A stretch of 64,000 nucleotides of DNA, taken from Novakomyces olei. Its lineage: Eukaryota. The translations under genes were made by a program, and so were the position numbers. The stretch spans positions 992,001-1,056,000 of the forward strand of contig JADEYG010000012.1 of the NCBI GenBank assembly GCA_016906335.1, read 5' to 3'. Below the pieces are notes generated by a model. The model was given only the letters and a program-made list of their open reading frames with translations, was not told the DNA's origin and made no database searches. Below, piece by piece: positions 61,424 to 64,000 of this stretch; within the stretch, counting starts at the first letter, position 1; each line of letters starts with the position of its first letter.

Positions 61424-61905
61424 GAGGTAATCAAATGGACAAACATTGGAGGACAAATTCGAGTCGAATTCTACACAGCAAAGAGAAAGGAATCAGGCTC
61501 GGCCTAGTGAATGCAGTATGTGATTTATTTGGCGACAGGATTCGGGTACAAGGATATCCGGCACTCCCGATTTATGTTTATACGTAGTATATAGTGATTT
61601 ATGCGTAGCGTCAAACGCCATTCCAGTCCGTCACATTCCCGTATTGGCCAATGATTTTCCTGGACAGTAGACGCATGTATTGTTCCGCAATACGCGCATG
61701 CGTAACAGCTATTTGTACTGTGCAATTAACTGCTCTACCCTACTATTAAACACCACTGCTTTTACAACGGCTCTGAGGCCACACATTAATCTTGGCGGCG
61801 TCATAGCTGCAAGCGGGTTTGGAAGCAGTGCGTGATTGTACACCCTTTATTCATAGACCGTGTTGTGGATAGAATGAAGCTTTCCAGCAACAAATACATA
61901 TACAC

Positions 61906-61917
61906 ACGGGTACCCGT
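61906..61917. repeat. ACGGGTACCCGT, copy 3 of the dispersed palindromic element (flank inverted)
   Basis: The minus strand reads AATAGGCAAACGGGTACCCGT, matching the AATAGG flank of the other two copies. Confidence 0.8.
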
Positions 61918-63063
61918 TTGCCTATTGGACCGTCTTACTAAGCTAAGCTTTTTATTTAATTTGTGAATATCGCCAATAGGCGCCACTTTGTGCGTTACGT
62001 TACTTTTGTATCGTTATTTTGAGTGCGTTATTTTTGCGATCGTTAAAGATGAGCCCGCAATAATCGAGCCCGCAACCAATAATTTGTAAGCACATATATC
62101 CTCATAAACATAGAGCACAGTCAAGTAACACAGAACTCTATGTGCTGGGATGAGCAAGTAATGAGGTATCATGCCCTCAGGTGTAGTAGTCCTTGCGGTT
62201 TCCCGATTTGGCCGTTCGTGACAATTATTGGCCAATAGCGAACGCGTTTGCGTAGACCTCGGCCGACAAAGAGCAACAACATCCACGACTGAAGGATTGC
62301 AATTGGTCTTTATACACAAAGAGTTCTTCAAGTGTGCCTCACAAAGACGCTTATCTCACAGCAATTGGCGAACTGGCTCTTAGATCTGTGCAGTATATTA
62401 ATGTTCACCGCCACTGACACGTGCCTACGTGGGTAGAGTCACCTTGGACTGAACTGATATAAAGTCAGGGTCAAATCCAAAAGGGCTTTTACCTGCCCTA
62501 TATGACTTTAAACTAATTTGGGAAAGACCGTAATTAGTGAATGTTATACTGTAGGAACGATGGAATATGCGAAATGTAATGGCGCTGCATACTTTAATCA
62601 ACACCGCAGCTGCCGAAGGAGTAAGCTCATTGTTTACTGCCTTTGATACAAAGAATACTTTTTCAAATTTAAAGACTATTTAATTCCAAATCGCTTAATT
62701 TCAAACTGTTTGACTTTGAAACTATTGGATTTCTCTACCGCCGGTACGGCTCGACTGAAACGTGTTTAGCCAGACAATCGAGCCCTATTGCTTTAATCTG
62801 CTTGTCGATTGCGTAACGTAAGACAGTATATTGTATACCACTCGGCAAGTAAATAAAGGTTTATATACAATAACTGGTAGTTAAAACTGTCCAGCGTTAA
62901 AAATTTGTATGTACAAGTATAGCCATATAAATCTTATTATACGATTTCCACTATATTATGCGCAAATTAATGTCTATCATACTCATTATTGTTCCTACTA
63001 TAATAATATATCTGTTTGTGATTCCGTGCCTTGTATCTTTGACTTGCGAGGAGCGTCTTCAAC

Positions 63064-64000
<937 letters not shown>

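Noticed and set aside
61424-63063. tRNA, snoRNA or small gene between CUL1 and HOG1
   Set aside because: No A/B-box cloverleaf, no paired C/D boxes and no credible ORF seen by eye. A tRNAscan-SE or Rfam run would be needed to exclude them fully.

Overview
Gene-dense, intron-containing fungal (ascomycete) genomic DNA using the standard genetic code. Protein similarity as I recall it, short introns with the branch point close to the 3' AG, and a Homol-E/Homol-D-like pair in the RPS8 promoter point to Taphrinomycotina (fission-yeast relatives); that placement is inference. I reconstructed 25 protein-coding genes by hand-splicing exons: TOM1/HUWE1 (runs off the left edge), mitochondrial IleRS, a small CON-8-like protein, a truncated Gyp5-like TBC protein, BRL1/BRR6, SRPK, a GRIP golgin, a rhodanese-PTP phosphatase, a GH36 alpha-galactosidase, NIC96, a bHLH factor, a GCIP-family protein, EMC6, acetate kinase, RPS8, RSC8/SSR2, a JmjC protein, HIS1, a 5'-half-missing UTP22, GEP4, KRE6/SKN1, a Mit_KHE1-family protein, CUL1 and HOG1/STY1 (runs off the right edge). 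No tRNA, rRNA, CRISPR array or transposase was recognised. The most notable observations are: (1) a UTP22 gene that lacks its N-terminal ~40% and has no room for it upstream (candidate gene fission); (2) a TBC gene cut in the middle of its catalytic domain; (3) a recurring intergenic palindrome AATAGG-N(1-3)-ACGGGTACCCGT in three copies; (4) a possibly horizontally acquired, mould-type GH36 gene with a 15-bp intronic minisatellite. All homology calls are from recognised motifs, not from database searches.
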